This document shows positions 9,541-18,620 of a stretch of 64,000 nucleotides of DNA, piece after piece (the stretch's first letter is position 1; the number at the start of each line of letters is the position of its first letter). The notes beneath the pieces were generated by a model that worked only from the letters and a program-made list of their open reading frames with translations, did not search any database and had not been told where the DNA came from. A program made the translations under genes and the position numbers. The stretch covers positions 6,315-70,314 of the forward strand of contig JAPPPQ010000059.1 in assembly GCA_028817435.1 (NCBI GenBank), given 5' to 3'. The stretch is from Deltaproteobacteria bacterium. Its GTDB lineage: Bacteria; Myxococcota_A; UBA9160; UBA6930.

Positions 9541-10488
9541 ATGATTGAGGTTGGAGAATACTTCGACTTGCGATACGGTACCAGCTTGGAGCTGTACAAA
9601 TTGGTGCAGTCAGAGTCTGGGGTCAACTTCGTCGGGCGAGCTTCACAAAACAATGGGGTCGTCGCCCGCGTCGAACCCATTTTGGAGATTGAAGCCAATC
9701 CTGCGGGCACTATCTCCGTTGCACTTGGTGGGTCCGTCATGGAGTCGTTTCTGCAGGAATCCCCCTATTACAGTGGCCGTGATGTGGTCTATTTGATTCC
9801 TCGGGTCAAATTGAATCGGAAACAGTTCTTGTTCTATTGCATGTGTTTGCGGGCAAACAAGTTTCGATACAGCTATGGGAGGCAGGCTAATAAGACTCTG
9901 GCACAGATTCAAATTCCTGAAATTGATGAGATGCCGACTTATGTTCAGCGCATTCGGATGCCTTCCAAACCGAGTCGAGCTCCGAAATTGCAGAAAAAGA
10001 TCGTCTTGCCGAAATCGCGTGACTGGAAGGATTTCAGCATTTCCGAGCTGTTTTCCATAAAGGGAACAAAGACGACCAAATTGGAAGATTTGGTAAAATA
10101 CGGATCAGGCAAGTATCCGTATGTTACCACCCAAGCTGTCAATAACGGCGTTGCGGGATTTTATGATTACTTCACAGAAGAGGGCGGCGTGATTACGGTT
10201 GACAGTGCAGTTCTGGGCTTCGCAAGTTACCAGCGAGACAATTTTTCCGCCAGCGATCATGTGGAAAAGCTGATTCCCAAATTCTCTATGAATTCGTATT
10301 TGGCGATGTTCTTTGTCGTCATATTGAACGCAGATCAGTTTCGCTACAACTATGGCAGAAAAGCGAGTCAAGATAGGATGAGGCAGCGTAAGATCAAACT
10401 CCCTGCAAAACCGGGTGGAGATCCTGATTTCGAATTGATGGCAAGGTTTATCAAATCGTTGCCGTTTAGTTCTAACCTGCCCGGTTGA
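9541..10488 (+). CDS. Specificity (S) subunit of type IIB R-M system (BcgIB-like)
   Basis: Two repeated halves (NNGV...FRYSYGRQA / NNGV...FRYNYGRKA) and terminal PDFELMARFIKSLPFS; starts 2 nt after the RM gene. Confidence 0.85.
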   Translation: MIEVGEYFDLRYGTSLELYKLVQSESGVNFVGRASQNNGVVARVEPILEIEANPAGTISVALGGSVMESFLQESPYYSGRDVVYLIPRVKLNRKQFLFYCMCLRANKFRYSYGRQANKTLAQIQIPEIDEMPTYVQRIRMPSKPSRAPKLQKKIVLPKSRDWKDFSISELFSIKGTKTTKLEDLVKYGSGKYPYVTTQAVNNGVAGFYDYFTEEGGVITVDSAVLGFASYQRDNFSASDHVEKLIPKFSMNSYLAMFFVVILNADQFRYNYGRKASQDRMRQRKIKLPAKPGGDPDFELMARFIKSLPFSSNLPG

Positions 10489-10519
10489 CAACCATCGAAA
10501 ATTGGAGTAGGGGCTCGTT

Positions 10520-11542
10520 TCACCCCCCGGTGGCGAGGCAGGCGGCCATGGTTTCGCAGTGGGTGTCGGTGGGGGTGAGGGTTTGTTCCAGGACCAGGGC
10601 GCGTTTCAGGTAGTAGTGGGGGGGCATTTCCCAAGTGTATCCCATGCCGCCGTGGATTTGGATGCATTGGCGGGCGTTTTTCATGGCGGCTTCGCCGGCG
10701 ACGATGCGGGCGGCGGCGGCGGCGCGGGTGGGGTCGCCGATTTCGGGGTCGTCCAGGGTGGCGGCGGCGGCGTAGACGGCGGCGCGGGCGAGTTCCTGGC
10801 GCGTGAACATATCGGCGCAGAAGTGTTTGATGGCCTGGAAGGATGCAATGGGGCGGCCGAACTGCTCGCGCGTTTTTGCGTGGGCGACGGCGAGCTCCAG
10901 GGTGGATTCGGCGATGCCGAGCTGCAGGGCGGCCACCAGCACTGCTCCCTGCAGGCGCAGTTTGGCCGCGGCGTCGGCGTCGGCGATGCGCTCGCCCTGC
11001 GGCAGTGCGGGCAGGTGCAACAGCGGGGTCAGCGGGTCGAGGGGGGTGCCCACTTTGCGCCCCGCCGCCAGTGCGGGGCCGTCAATGCGGTGGACGCCGT
11101 CGCCGCGCAGCACGGCCAGCGCGTCGAGCTCTGCGCCGCTCTCAATCAGCACGGGCGCTGCACCGCGGGATTCCGCGTCGCCGCGGCCGCTCCAATCTGC
11201 GCCGCCGTGCGCGCAGTCGAGTCCGCCCACCAGCGTTTCGCCGCTGGCTGCGCCAGGGATCAGGGCGGCGAGCAGGTGGCTCCACAAAATGGGGCCGGGC
11301 GCCAGGCAGCGGCCGAGTTCGGCGAAAACCACGGCGGCTTCCGCCATGCCGAGTCCCACGCCGCCCTCGAGCTCGGGCAGGCGCAGGCCGAAGACGCCCA
11401 TGCCCGCCAGCGCCTGCCAGTCGTCGCGCAAGGCGGGCTCGCGCGCCAGCTCTGCGATGCGCTCGAAGCGATAGCGGTCGTCGCAAAAGCTGCGGATGCC
11501 CTGCTGCAGCGCGCGCTGGTCCTCGCTGAGTTGAAAGTCCAT
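10520..11542 (-). CDS. Acyl-CoA dehydrogenase family protein (short partner subunit)
   Basis: MDFQLSEDQ, REQFGRPIASFQAIKH and QIHGGMGYTWE motifs. Confidence 0.9.
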   Translation of the reverse strand: MDFQLSEDQRALQQGIRSFCDDRYRFERIAELAREPALRDDWQALAGMGVFGLRLPELEGGVGLGMAEAAVVFAELGRCLAPGPILWSHLLAALIPGAASGETLVGGLDCAHGGADWSGRGDAESRGAAPVLIESGAELDALAVLRGDGVHRIDGPALAAGRKVGTPLDPLTPLLHLPALPQGERIADADAAAKLRLQGAVLVAALQLGIAESTLELAVAHAKTREQFGRPIASFQAIKHFCADMFTRQELARAAVYAAAATLDDPEIGDPTRAAAAARIVAGEAAMKNARQCIQIHGGMGYTWEMPPHYYLKRALVLEQTLTPTDTHCETMAACLATGG

Positions 11543-11555
11543 GCCGTCCGCCCGC

Positions 11556-12731
11556 CTAGCGCGGTTCCCGGGGCATGCCGAGGCTGCGCTCGGCGATGAT
11601 GTTGCGCTGAATTTGCGAGGTGCCCGCGGCGATGGTGAGCGAGAGCGTGTTCAGAAACTTGTCCACAATGCGCGCGCAGGGCAGCGCGCCGATGTCTTCG
11701 CGCGCAAGGCCGGCGCGGCCCAGCAGCCGCACGCCCAATTCGTAGACGCGCTGGTTCAGTTCGGTAAAGGCGAGCTTCAGGGCCGAGCCGCCGACGCCGG
11801 GAACGCCGGTCTTCACCGCCTCTGCCAGTTGCCACTTCATCAGCGCCCACAGCGCGTCGGCCTCTGCCGCCAGGTGGCCGGCCTCGCGGCGCAGCGCCGG
11901 ATTCTCCCAGCCGCCGCGTTGGCGGGCCAGCCCGGCGAGCTCGGAGAGAAACTCGCGCAGTTCGAAGATGTCGCTGGCCCAGGCGCTGCCGCGCTCGAAG
12001 CGCAGCGTCACATTCATCACGCGCCAGCCGTCGTTTTCTGCGCCCACCCGGTTTTCAACCGGCACGCGCACATCGGATAGAAACACCTCGGAAAAATCAC
12101 TTTCGCCCAACAGCGTGGGCAGCGGGCGAATCTCAATGCCCGGCAGATCCATCGGCATAATCAGCCAACTGATGCCGCGGTGCTTGGGCGCATTGGGATC
12201 GGTGCGCGCCAGCAGTTCACAGTAATCGGCGGTGTGCGCAAAAGAGGTCCAGGTTTTGTGGCCGTTCACCACATAGCAATCGCCGTCGCGCACCGCGCTG
12301 GTTTGCAGCGCGGCGAGGTCGGAGCCCGCGCCCGGCTCGGAGAATCCCTGGCACCACACTTCTTCGCCGCGCAAAATGCGCGGCAGGTGCCGCCGCTTTT
12401 GCGCATCGCTGCCTTCGGCAATTAACGTCGGCCCGCCGTGGCGAATCCCCACAAAGTTGTGGCCGATGTAGGGCGCGCCCGCCCGCGCCATTTCCTCGTA
12501 GTAAACCAGCTCGCCGGTGGCGGAGGCGGCGCGCCCGCCGAACTCTGCGGGCCAGTTGATTCCGGCGTAGCCCGCGCTGTGGAGCCGCTGCTGCCAGCCG
12601 GTGTCGTAGGCGCGGCGCGCGGGCCAGTCGTCCCGGGGCGGCGGCGCGCCGTGGGCGGGCACGGCCTCGGCCAGCCACGCGCGCAGTTCCGCGCGCAGTT
12701 GCTCGTCGGCCTCCGAGTAGCGCAAATCCAA
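11556..12731 (-). CDS. Acyl-CoA dehydrogenase
   Basis: TTG start with GGAG RBS; WCQGFSEPGAGSDLA, NGHKTWTS and IAAGTSQIQRNIIAER motifs. Confidence 0.9.
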   Translation of the reverse strand: MDLRYSEADEQLRAELRAWLAEAVPAHGAPPPRDDWPARRAYDTGWQQRLHSAGYAGINWPAEFGGRAASATGELVYYEEMARAGAPYIGHNFVGIRHGGPTLIAEGSDAQKRRHLPRILRGEEVWCQGFSEPGAGSDLAALQTSAVRDGDCYVVNGHKTWTSFAHTADYCELLARTDPNAPKHRGISWLIMPMDLPGIEIRPLPTLLGESDFSEVFLSDVRVPVENRVGAENDGWRVMNVTLRFERGSAWASDIFELREFLSELAGLARQRGGWENPALRREAGHLAAEADALWALMKWQLAEAVKTGVPGVGGSALKLAFTELNQRVYELGVRLLGRAGLAREDIGALPCARIVDKFLNTLSLTIAAGTSQIQRNIIAERSLGMPREPR

Positions 12732-12776
12732 GCCGGTCTCCCTAGGGTGAATGCGGGCGGGGCGGATGCGGATTAG

Positions 12777-12797
12777 GATACGGCGCGTCTCGAAATT
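12777..12797 (+). promoter_or_regulatory. Putative operator GATACGGCGCGTCTCGAAATT in a divergent promoter region
   Basis: 19/21 identical to the site at 6551-6571 (minus strand). Confidence 0.55.
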
Positions 12798-12818
12798 TCG
12801 CCAGCGGCAGAGGGAGAG

Positions 12819-13757
12819 ATGCGCTTCACCGTTCAGCTTCCCACACAGCAAGTTGAGCCGCCGGGCGAGTTCTGCACGGCGGCGGCCATTGCCGGCATGG
12901 CCCGCGCGGCAGAAGCCGCCGGTTTCGATGCCTGCTTTGTGACCGATCACCCGATTCCGGGCGACCGCTGGCTGGCTGCGGGCGGTCACCACGCACTCGA
13001 TCCTTTCGTGGCGCTGTCTTGCGCCGCCGCCGCCACGCAGCGCATTCGCCTGCAGACTCATGTGCTGGTGGCGGCCTACCGCAACCCCTTTTTGCTGGCG
13101 AAGTCGCTGGCGAGTTTGGATGTGGCTTCGGGCGGGCGCAGCATTGCGGGGCTGGCCGCCGGTTATCTGGAGCCGGAGTTCGCCGCGCTCGGCGCGCGCT
13201 TCGAGCGCCGCAACGAGTTGGCGGACGAAGCCATCGCCGTGTTGAAGCAGGTGTTTCGCGGCGAAAGCGTGGCGCTGCGCGGCATTGATTTTGCGGCGCA
13301 GGGCAACACTGCATTGCCGCGCCCGCTCCAGCGGCCGCACCCGCCCATTTGGTGCGGGGGCAACAGCCGCCGCGCAATTCGCCGCGCGGTAGAGCTGGCG
13401 GATGGCTGGCTGCCTTTTCCCGTGCAGCGCGGGCTGGCCCGCCGCCTGGGCACCGCGCCCCTTGCCAGCGAGGACGATTTGGCCCGCGCCTTGGATTACG
13501 CGCGCGAACACGCCGCGCGCACGGGGCGCAGCGCGCCGCTGGATGTCGTCTTCACGCCCTTCGGCATGGATATGCAGACCGCGGCGGCCGGCGCCATGCC
13601 GGAATCCGGCGCGCTGCTCGAAACCATCGCGCGGCTCTCGGCGCTGGGCGTCACCTGGATTGCGGCGAGTCTGCCCTGCGAAAGCCGCGCCGAATTTGAG
13701 GCGCGCGCCGCTCACTTTGGCGAGCGGGTCATTGCTCAGGTCAGCCAGCGCGCGTAA
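12819..13757 (+). CDS. LLM-class (probable F420-dependent) oxidoreductase
   Basis: AEAAGFD..VTDHP, LDPFVALS, YRNPFLLAK and PPIWCGGNS motifs. Confidence 0.9.
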   Translation: MRFTVQLPTQQVEPPGEFCTAAAIAGMARAAEAAGFDACFVTDHPIPGDRWLAAGGHHALDPFVALSCAAAATQRIRLQTHVLVAAYRNPFLLAKSLASLDVASGGRSIAGLAAGYLEPEFAALGARFERRNELADEAIAVLKQVFRGESVALRGIDFAAQGNTALPRPLQRPHPPIWCGGNSRRAIRRAVELADGWLPFPVQRGLARRLGTAPLASEDDLARALDYAREHAARTGRSAPLDVVFTPFGMDMQTAAAGAMPESGALLETIARLSALGVTWIAASLPCESRAEFEARAAHFGERVIAQVSQRA

Positions 13758-14569
13758 GCATCCAGCACCGGCAGCACTTGGTCGCGGGGCGCAGATGGCA
13801 GGCGCAGCGCGCACTCGTCCATGCCGGTTTCGCGGTAGTGCGCGAGCTTCGCCGCATCGGGCAGCACGCCGATCAGCACCAGGTGCATTGCGCGCCAGTC
13901 GCGGCCCCGCGACTCGACGGCGCGGCGCAGGGCGGGAAGCGCCCGCGCCACCCCCGCGCCGCCAATGGGCATCCAGCCATCGGCAAACTCTGCAATGTGC
14001 GCGAAGAGTCCGGGGCCGGCCGCGCCGCCCAGCAGCGTCCGCGGGCGCGGCTGCTGCACGGGCTTCGGCCACTGCCAACTGGGCGCAATGCGCACAAACT
14101 CGCCCTCAAAGCCCGCCACCTCTTTCGCCCACAGCGCCTGCAAGGCCAGCAAGTGTTCGCGCGTGCGCGCGCGGCGCTGCTGCGGCGCCACGCCGTGATT
14201 TTGCATCTCCTCGCGGTTCCAGCCGTAGCCCGCGCCGAAGACGAAGCGCCCGCCGCAAATGCGGTCCAGCGTGGCTACCTGCTTGGCGTAGGCGATGGCG
14301 TCGTGCTGCGCCGGCAGCGCCACCGCGGTGCCCAGCAAAATGCGCCGGGTCACCGCCGCCGCCGCCGCCAGGGCCACCAGCGGATCGGGGCTGCGCTTGT
14401 ATTCCTCGGGAAGCTCGCCGCCCATGGGCGCGGGCGTGCGGCGGCTCACCGGAATGTGCGTGTGCTCGGGAATGTAGAGCGAGTGAAAGCCGCGGGCCTC
14501 GGCCTCGCGGGCCAGCTCTGCCACGGGAATGCACAGATCGGTGGCGTGAATGGTGACGCCGATCTTCAC
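13736..14569 (-). CDS. LLM-class (probable F420-dependent) oxidoreductase
   Basis: AEARGFHSLYIPEHTHIP, GYGWNREEM and WPKPVQQP motifs; GTG at 14569. Confidence 0.9.
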   Translation of the reverse strand: MKIGVTIHATDLCIPVAELAREAEARGFHSLYIPEHTHIPVSRRTPAPMGGELPEEYKRSPDPLVALAAAAAVTRRILLGTAVALPAQHDAIAYAKQVATLDRICGGRFVFGAGYGWNREEMQNHGVAPQQRRARTREHLLALQALWAKEVAGFEGEFVRIAPSWQWPKPVQQPRPRTLLGGAAGPGLFAHIAEFADGWMPIGGAGVARALPALRRAVESRGRDWRAMHLVLIGVLPDAAKLAHYRETGMDECALRLPSAPRDQVLPVLDAYARWLT

Positions 14570-14629
14570 GGAATTTCCCTCCGCCGCGGGGTGGTAGCGG
14601 AGGCGCAGAGTTGGTTCAATGCGCGGTCC

Positions 14630-17600
14630 ATGAGCGCATCTTTCGATTCGAGCTACGAGCTGGCGCACCGCTACACCCGCGAATCGGGCCGGGTCTATTT
14701 GACGGGGGTGCAGGCCCTGGTGCGGCTGCCGCTCATGCAGCGCGCCCGCGACGCGGCGGCGGGGCTCAACACCGCGGGCTTCATCTCCGGCTACCGCGGC
14801 TCGCCGCTGGGCGCTTACGATCTGGCGCTGTGGCAGGCGCGCGAGCTGCTCGAAGCCAGCCACATCCGCTTTGCGCCGGGGGTGAACGAGGACCTGGCCG
14901 CCACCGCGGTGTGGGGATCGCAGCAGGCGGTGTTGCAGCCCGGCCCGCGGGTGGCTGGCGTTTTCGCCATTTGGTATGGCAAAGGCCCCGGCGTGGATCG
15001 CTCCACCGACGCCATCAAGCACGGCAACTATCTCGGCGCTGCCCGGCACGGCGGCGTGCTGGCGCTCTGCGGCGACGATCCCGGCGGCAGATCATCGAGC
15101 ATCGCCCACCAGAGCGAGCAGGCGCTGGTGCACTGCGGCGTGCCGGTGCTGAACCCGGCGAATGTGCAGGAGTTTCTGGATTTGGGGCTGCTGGGCTTTG
15201 CGCTCTCGCGCTTTTCGGGCTGCTGGGTGGGCTTCAAGTGCCTCACCGACAGCGTGGACAGCGCGGCCTCGGTGGAAGTGGGCGCTGCGCGCGTGCAAAT
15301 TGCCGCGCCGGATTTCGCCTTTCCGCAGGCGGATCACCATGTGACCCTGAACAACGAGCCGCTGCGCATTGAGCGGCAGCTCTGGCAGGTGAAGCTGCCC
15401 GCGGCGCAGGCATTTGCGCGCGCCAACAAACTCGACCGCACCGTGCTCGATGCTCCGCGCCGCCGCCTCGGCATCGTCAGCGCGGGCAAGGCGTTTCTCG
15501 ACCTGCGCCAGGCGCTGGCCGACTTGGGAATCGATTCTGCGCGCGCGCGCGAGCTCGGCATTGTGCTCTACAAAGTGGCGATGACCTGGCCGCTGGAGCC
15601 CGAAGGGCTGCGCGATTTTTGCCGCGGGCTCGAGGAAGTGCTGGTGGTGGAAGAGAAGCGGCCGCTGATCGAGGAACAGTTGGCGCACATTCTCTACAAC
15701 CAGCGCGCGGACGAGCGGCCGCGGCTGCTCGGCAAGCGCGACCTGCGCGGCGCGCCGCTGCTTCCCGCCGAAGGCGAGCTCAGCGCGCAGCGCGTCGCCG
15801 CCGCGCTGCGCAGTTGGTTCGGGCGCAGTCTGGCCCATGCGCAGTTGCCGCCGCCGCCCGCCGCGCCGGGTGCAGAGCCGCCGCCGGGGTTGCGGCGGCT
15901 GCCCGCCTTTTGCTCGGGCTGCCCGCACAACACCTCCACGCAGCTTCCCGAAGGCGCCATGGCGATGGGGGGAATCGGTTGCCACGGCATGGCCGTTTGG
16001 CTGCCGGGGCGGCGCACCTACGGCGCCACCCACATGGGCGGCGAAGGCGCAAACTGGATTGGGCAGGCGCCCTACACCGAACTGCCGCACATCTTCCAGA
16101 ACATGGGCGACGGCACCTACTTCCATTCGGGGCTGCTGGCAATCCGCGCCTGCGTCGCCGCCGGGGTGAACATTACCTTCAAGCTGCTGGTCAACGGCGC
16201 AGTCGCCATGACGGGCGGGCAGCCCATCGAAGGCGAGCAACTGGAAGGCGAGATCACCACGCCGGGCATGGTGCAGCAGCTGGCGGCGGAAGGCGTCGCG
16301 CGCATTGCCGTGCTTTCCAACGAGCCGCAGAAGTATGCGCGCGGCGCGTTTCCGCGCGGCGTGCGCGTTCACCACCGCAGCGAGCTGATGCGCGTGCAGG
16401 AAGAGCTGCGCGGCGCAAGGGGCGTCTCTGCGCTGATCTACGACCAGACTTGTGCGGCAGAGGCGCGGCGGCTGCGCAAGCAGGGACGCCTTCCCGATCC
16501 CGATCAGCGCATCGTCATCAACGAGCGCGTCTGCGAAGGCTGCGGCGATTGCTCGGTGCAGAGCAACTGCATTTCCATTGAGCCCGTCGAAACCGAATTC
16601 GGCCGCAAGCGGCGCATTGACCAATCCTCCTGCAACAAGGATTACTCCTGCGTAGATGGCTACTGCCCCAGCTTTGTGAGCATCTTCAGCGGCAAACTGC
16701 GGCGGGCCGAAAGCGCGGCGCAGGGCGAATCCGAAGGCGATTGGCCGCCGCTGCCGCCGCCGCCGCTTCCCAAACTGGATGCGCCGTGGAATGTGCTGGT
16801 CGCCGGCATTGGCGGCGGCGGCGTCGTCACCATCGGCGCGATTCTCGGCATGGCGGCGCACCTGGAAGGGCGCGGCTGCAGCGAGCTGGATGTGACGGGG
16901 CTGGCGCAAAAGAACGGCCCGGTTTCGAGCCATGTGCGCATTGCGGCAACCGCCGAACAGCTCTTCGCGCCGCGCATTGGCGACGGCGCGGCAGATTTGC
17001 TGCTCGGCTGCGACCTGGTGGTGGCCACCAACGCCGAGAATTTGCCGAAGCTCGCGCCGGGCCGCAGCACGGCGCTGGTGAACAGCCGCGTGCAACCCAC
17101 CGCAGATTTCGCCAGCAACGCCGATCTCGATCTTTCCGCCGATGCCATGACCGAGGCGCTGCAACGGGCCTGCGGTGCCGAGGCGCTGCACATGATTCCC
17201 GCCGCAGAGCTTGCCACCGCGCTGCTGGGCGATGCGCTCTACGCCAATATGCTGCTGCTCGGCGCGGCCTTTCAGCGCGGGCTTTTGCCGGTGGGAGAGG
17301 GCGCGCTGCTGCGCGCCATTGAGCTGAACGGCCGCGCGCCGGAGCAGAACCGGCGCGCCTTTACCTGGGGGCGGCGCTTTGTGCAAGACCGCGCGGCAGT
17401 GCAGCGCGCGGCTGCGCCGCTGCTGCGCGGCGAAACCGCAGCGCAGGGACTCGCAGAGATTGCCGCGCTGCGCGGGCGCGAGCTGCGCCGCTATCAGGGC
17501 GCGCGGCTCGAGAAGCGCTACCTGCGCTTTGTCGCCCGCGTTGCAGAGCGCGAGCAGGCCGTTGCGCCCGGCAGCGAGTCGCTGGCCTGCGCCGCCGCCC

Positions 17601-18100
17601 GCTATGGCTTCAAGGTGTGGGCCTACAAGGACGAATACGAAGTGGCGCGGCTCTACACCGACGGCGCTTTTGCCGCGCAGCTTGCCCGGGAATTCGAGGG
17701 GCTGCGCAGCGCGCGGGTGCATCTCTCCATGCAGTTTCTGCCCGGCTGGCTTGCGCCCCGCCATGCGCAGACCGGCCGCCACCGCAAACTGAGCCTGCCG
17801 CTTTCGCTCATGCTGCTTTTCTTTCGCGCGTTGCGCAGGTTGCGCTGGCTGCGCGGCACGCCCTTCGACCCCTTCGGCTGGACGCGGCACCGCCGCCTGG
17901 AGCGCGGCTACGCCCTGGAATACGAGCGCACCGTCGAGCAACTGCTGGCGGGGCTCTCTCCCGGCAATCTGGCGCAGGCCGTCGAGATTGCCAGCTTGCC
18001 CGAGCAGGTGCGCGGCTTCGACAGCGTGAAAGAGCAGAGACTGGCCGCCGTGCGCGAAAAGCAGCGCGAGCTGCTCGACAACTTCCACCGCGCCGTCTGA
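14630..18100 (+). CDS. Indolepyruvate ferredoxin oxidoreductase family protein (fused alpha/beta)
   Basis: GFISGYRGSPLG, FCSGCPHN, MGDGTYFHSG (TPP motif), CEGCGDC, GIGGGGVVT and AYKDEYEVARL. Confidence 0.93.
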   Translation: MSASFDSSYELAHRYTRESGRVYLTGVQALVRLPLMQRARDAAAGLNTAGFISGYRGSPLGAYDLALWQARELLEASHIRFAPGVNEDLAATAVWGSQQAVLQPGPRVAGVFAIWYGKGPGVDRSTDAIKHGNYLGAARHGGVLALCGDDPGGRSSSIAHQSEQALVHCGVPVLNPANVQEFLDLGLLGFALSRFSGCWVGFKCLTDSVDSAASVEVGAARVQIAAPDFAFPQADHHVTLNNEPLRIERQLWQVKLPAAQAFARANKLDRTVLDAPRRRLGIVSAGKAFLDLRQALADLGIDSARARELGIVLYKVAMTWPLEPEGLRDFCRGLEEVLVVEEKRPLIEEQLAHILYNQRADERPRLLGKRDLRGAPLLPAEGELSAQRVAAALRSWFGRSLAHAQLPPPPAAPGAEPPPGLRRLPAFCSGCPHNTSTQLPEGAMAMGGIGCHGMAVWLPGRRTYGATHMGGEGANWIGQAPYTELPHIFQNMGDGTYFHSGLLAIRACVAAGVNITFKLLVNGAVAMTGGQPIEGEQLEGEITTPGMVQQLAAEGVARIAVLSNEPQKYARGAFPRGVRVHHRSELMRVQEELRGARGVSALIYDQTCAAEARRLRKQGRLPDPDQRIVINERVCEGCGDCSVQSNCISIEPVETEFGRKRRIDQSSCNKDYSCVDGYCPSFVSIFSGKLRRAESAAQGESEGDWPPLPPPPLPKLDAPWNVLVAGIGGGGVVTIGAILGMAAHLEGRGCSELDVTGLAQKNGPVSSHVRIAATAEQLFAPRIGDGAADLLLGCDLVVATNAENLPKLAPGRSTALVNSRVQPTADFASNADLDLSADAMTEALQRACGAEALHMIPAAELATALLGDALYANMLLLGAAFQRGLLPVGEGALLRAIELNGRAPEQNRRAFTWGRRFVQDRAAVQRAAAPLLRGETAAQGLAEIAALRGRELRRYQGARLEKRYLRFVARVAEREQAVAPGSESLACAAARYGFKVWAYKDEYEVARLYTDGAFAAQLAREFEGLRSARVHLSMQFLPGWLAPRHAQTGRHRKLSLPLSLMLLFFRALRRLRWLRGTPFDPFGWTRHRRLERGYALEYERTVEQLLAGLSPGNLAQAVEIASLPEQVRGFDSVKEQRLAAVREKQRELLDNFHRAV

Positions 18101-18161
18101 GCGCGCTGGCTGTGCGGTTTGGACGCGGCGCGCATGGCCGAACGGCTCGTGCGCGTTGCGT

Positions 18162-18620
18162 TCAGCCGTTGTCCGAAAAATCCAGGCCGGTGGGGCCGGG
18201 CGCGTTTTCCAGCAATTCAATGGCGTTGCCGAAGGGATCGCGCCCGTAGCACCAGCGCATGGGCGCTCCGCCCTGCGGCCCGGTGTTGAAGTCCACGCCG
18301 GCCTCGCAGAGGCGCTGGTAATCGCCGGGCACATCGTCGCTGGCCAGCGCAATATGCGCAATGCCGTGGCGGCTCACGGGCCGCCCGCCGTCGCCAGGCC
18401 CCACAGGCGCGCCGAACTCGAAGAGCTCGATGCAGGAGTTGCCTTTGCGGATCATCCGCACCTTGCAATCGGCCCGCGAAAGCCCAAAAGGCCGCTCCAT
18501 CAGCCCCTCGGGAAGCTCCGCCTCCATAACCACCTCAAAGCCCAGCACCCCACAGTAAAAGTCCAGCGCCCGCTGCATATCCGGCACCGAAAGCGCCGCA
18601 TGGTGAAGCCCGAGAATCAT
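18162..18620 (-). CDS. VOC (glyoxalase) family protein
   Basis: HHAALSV...FYCGVLGF, IELFEF, HIALA and RDPFGNAIELLE; AGGAGG RBS before ATG 18620. Confidence 0.9.
   Translation of the reverse strand: MILGLHHAALSVPDMQRALDFYCGVLGFEVVMEAELPEGLMERPFGLSRADCKVRMIRKGNSCIELFEFGAPVGPGDGGRPVSRHGIAHIALASDDVPGDYQRLCEAGVDFNTGPQGGAPMRWCYGRDPFGNAIELLENAPGPTGLDFSDNG

Noticed and set aside
10465-10523. TCTAAC...GTT at the right end of the defence island as an integron attC site
   Set aside because: No convincing internal dyad symmetry, no similar sites between the other genes, and no integrase.
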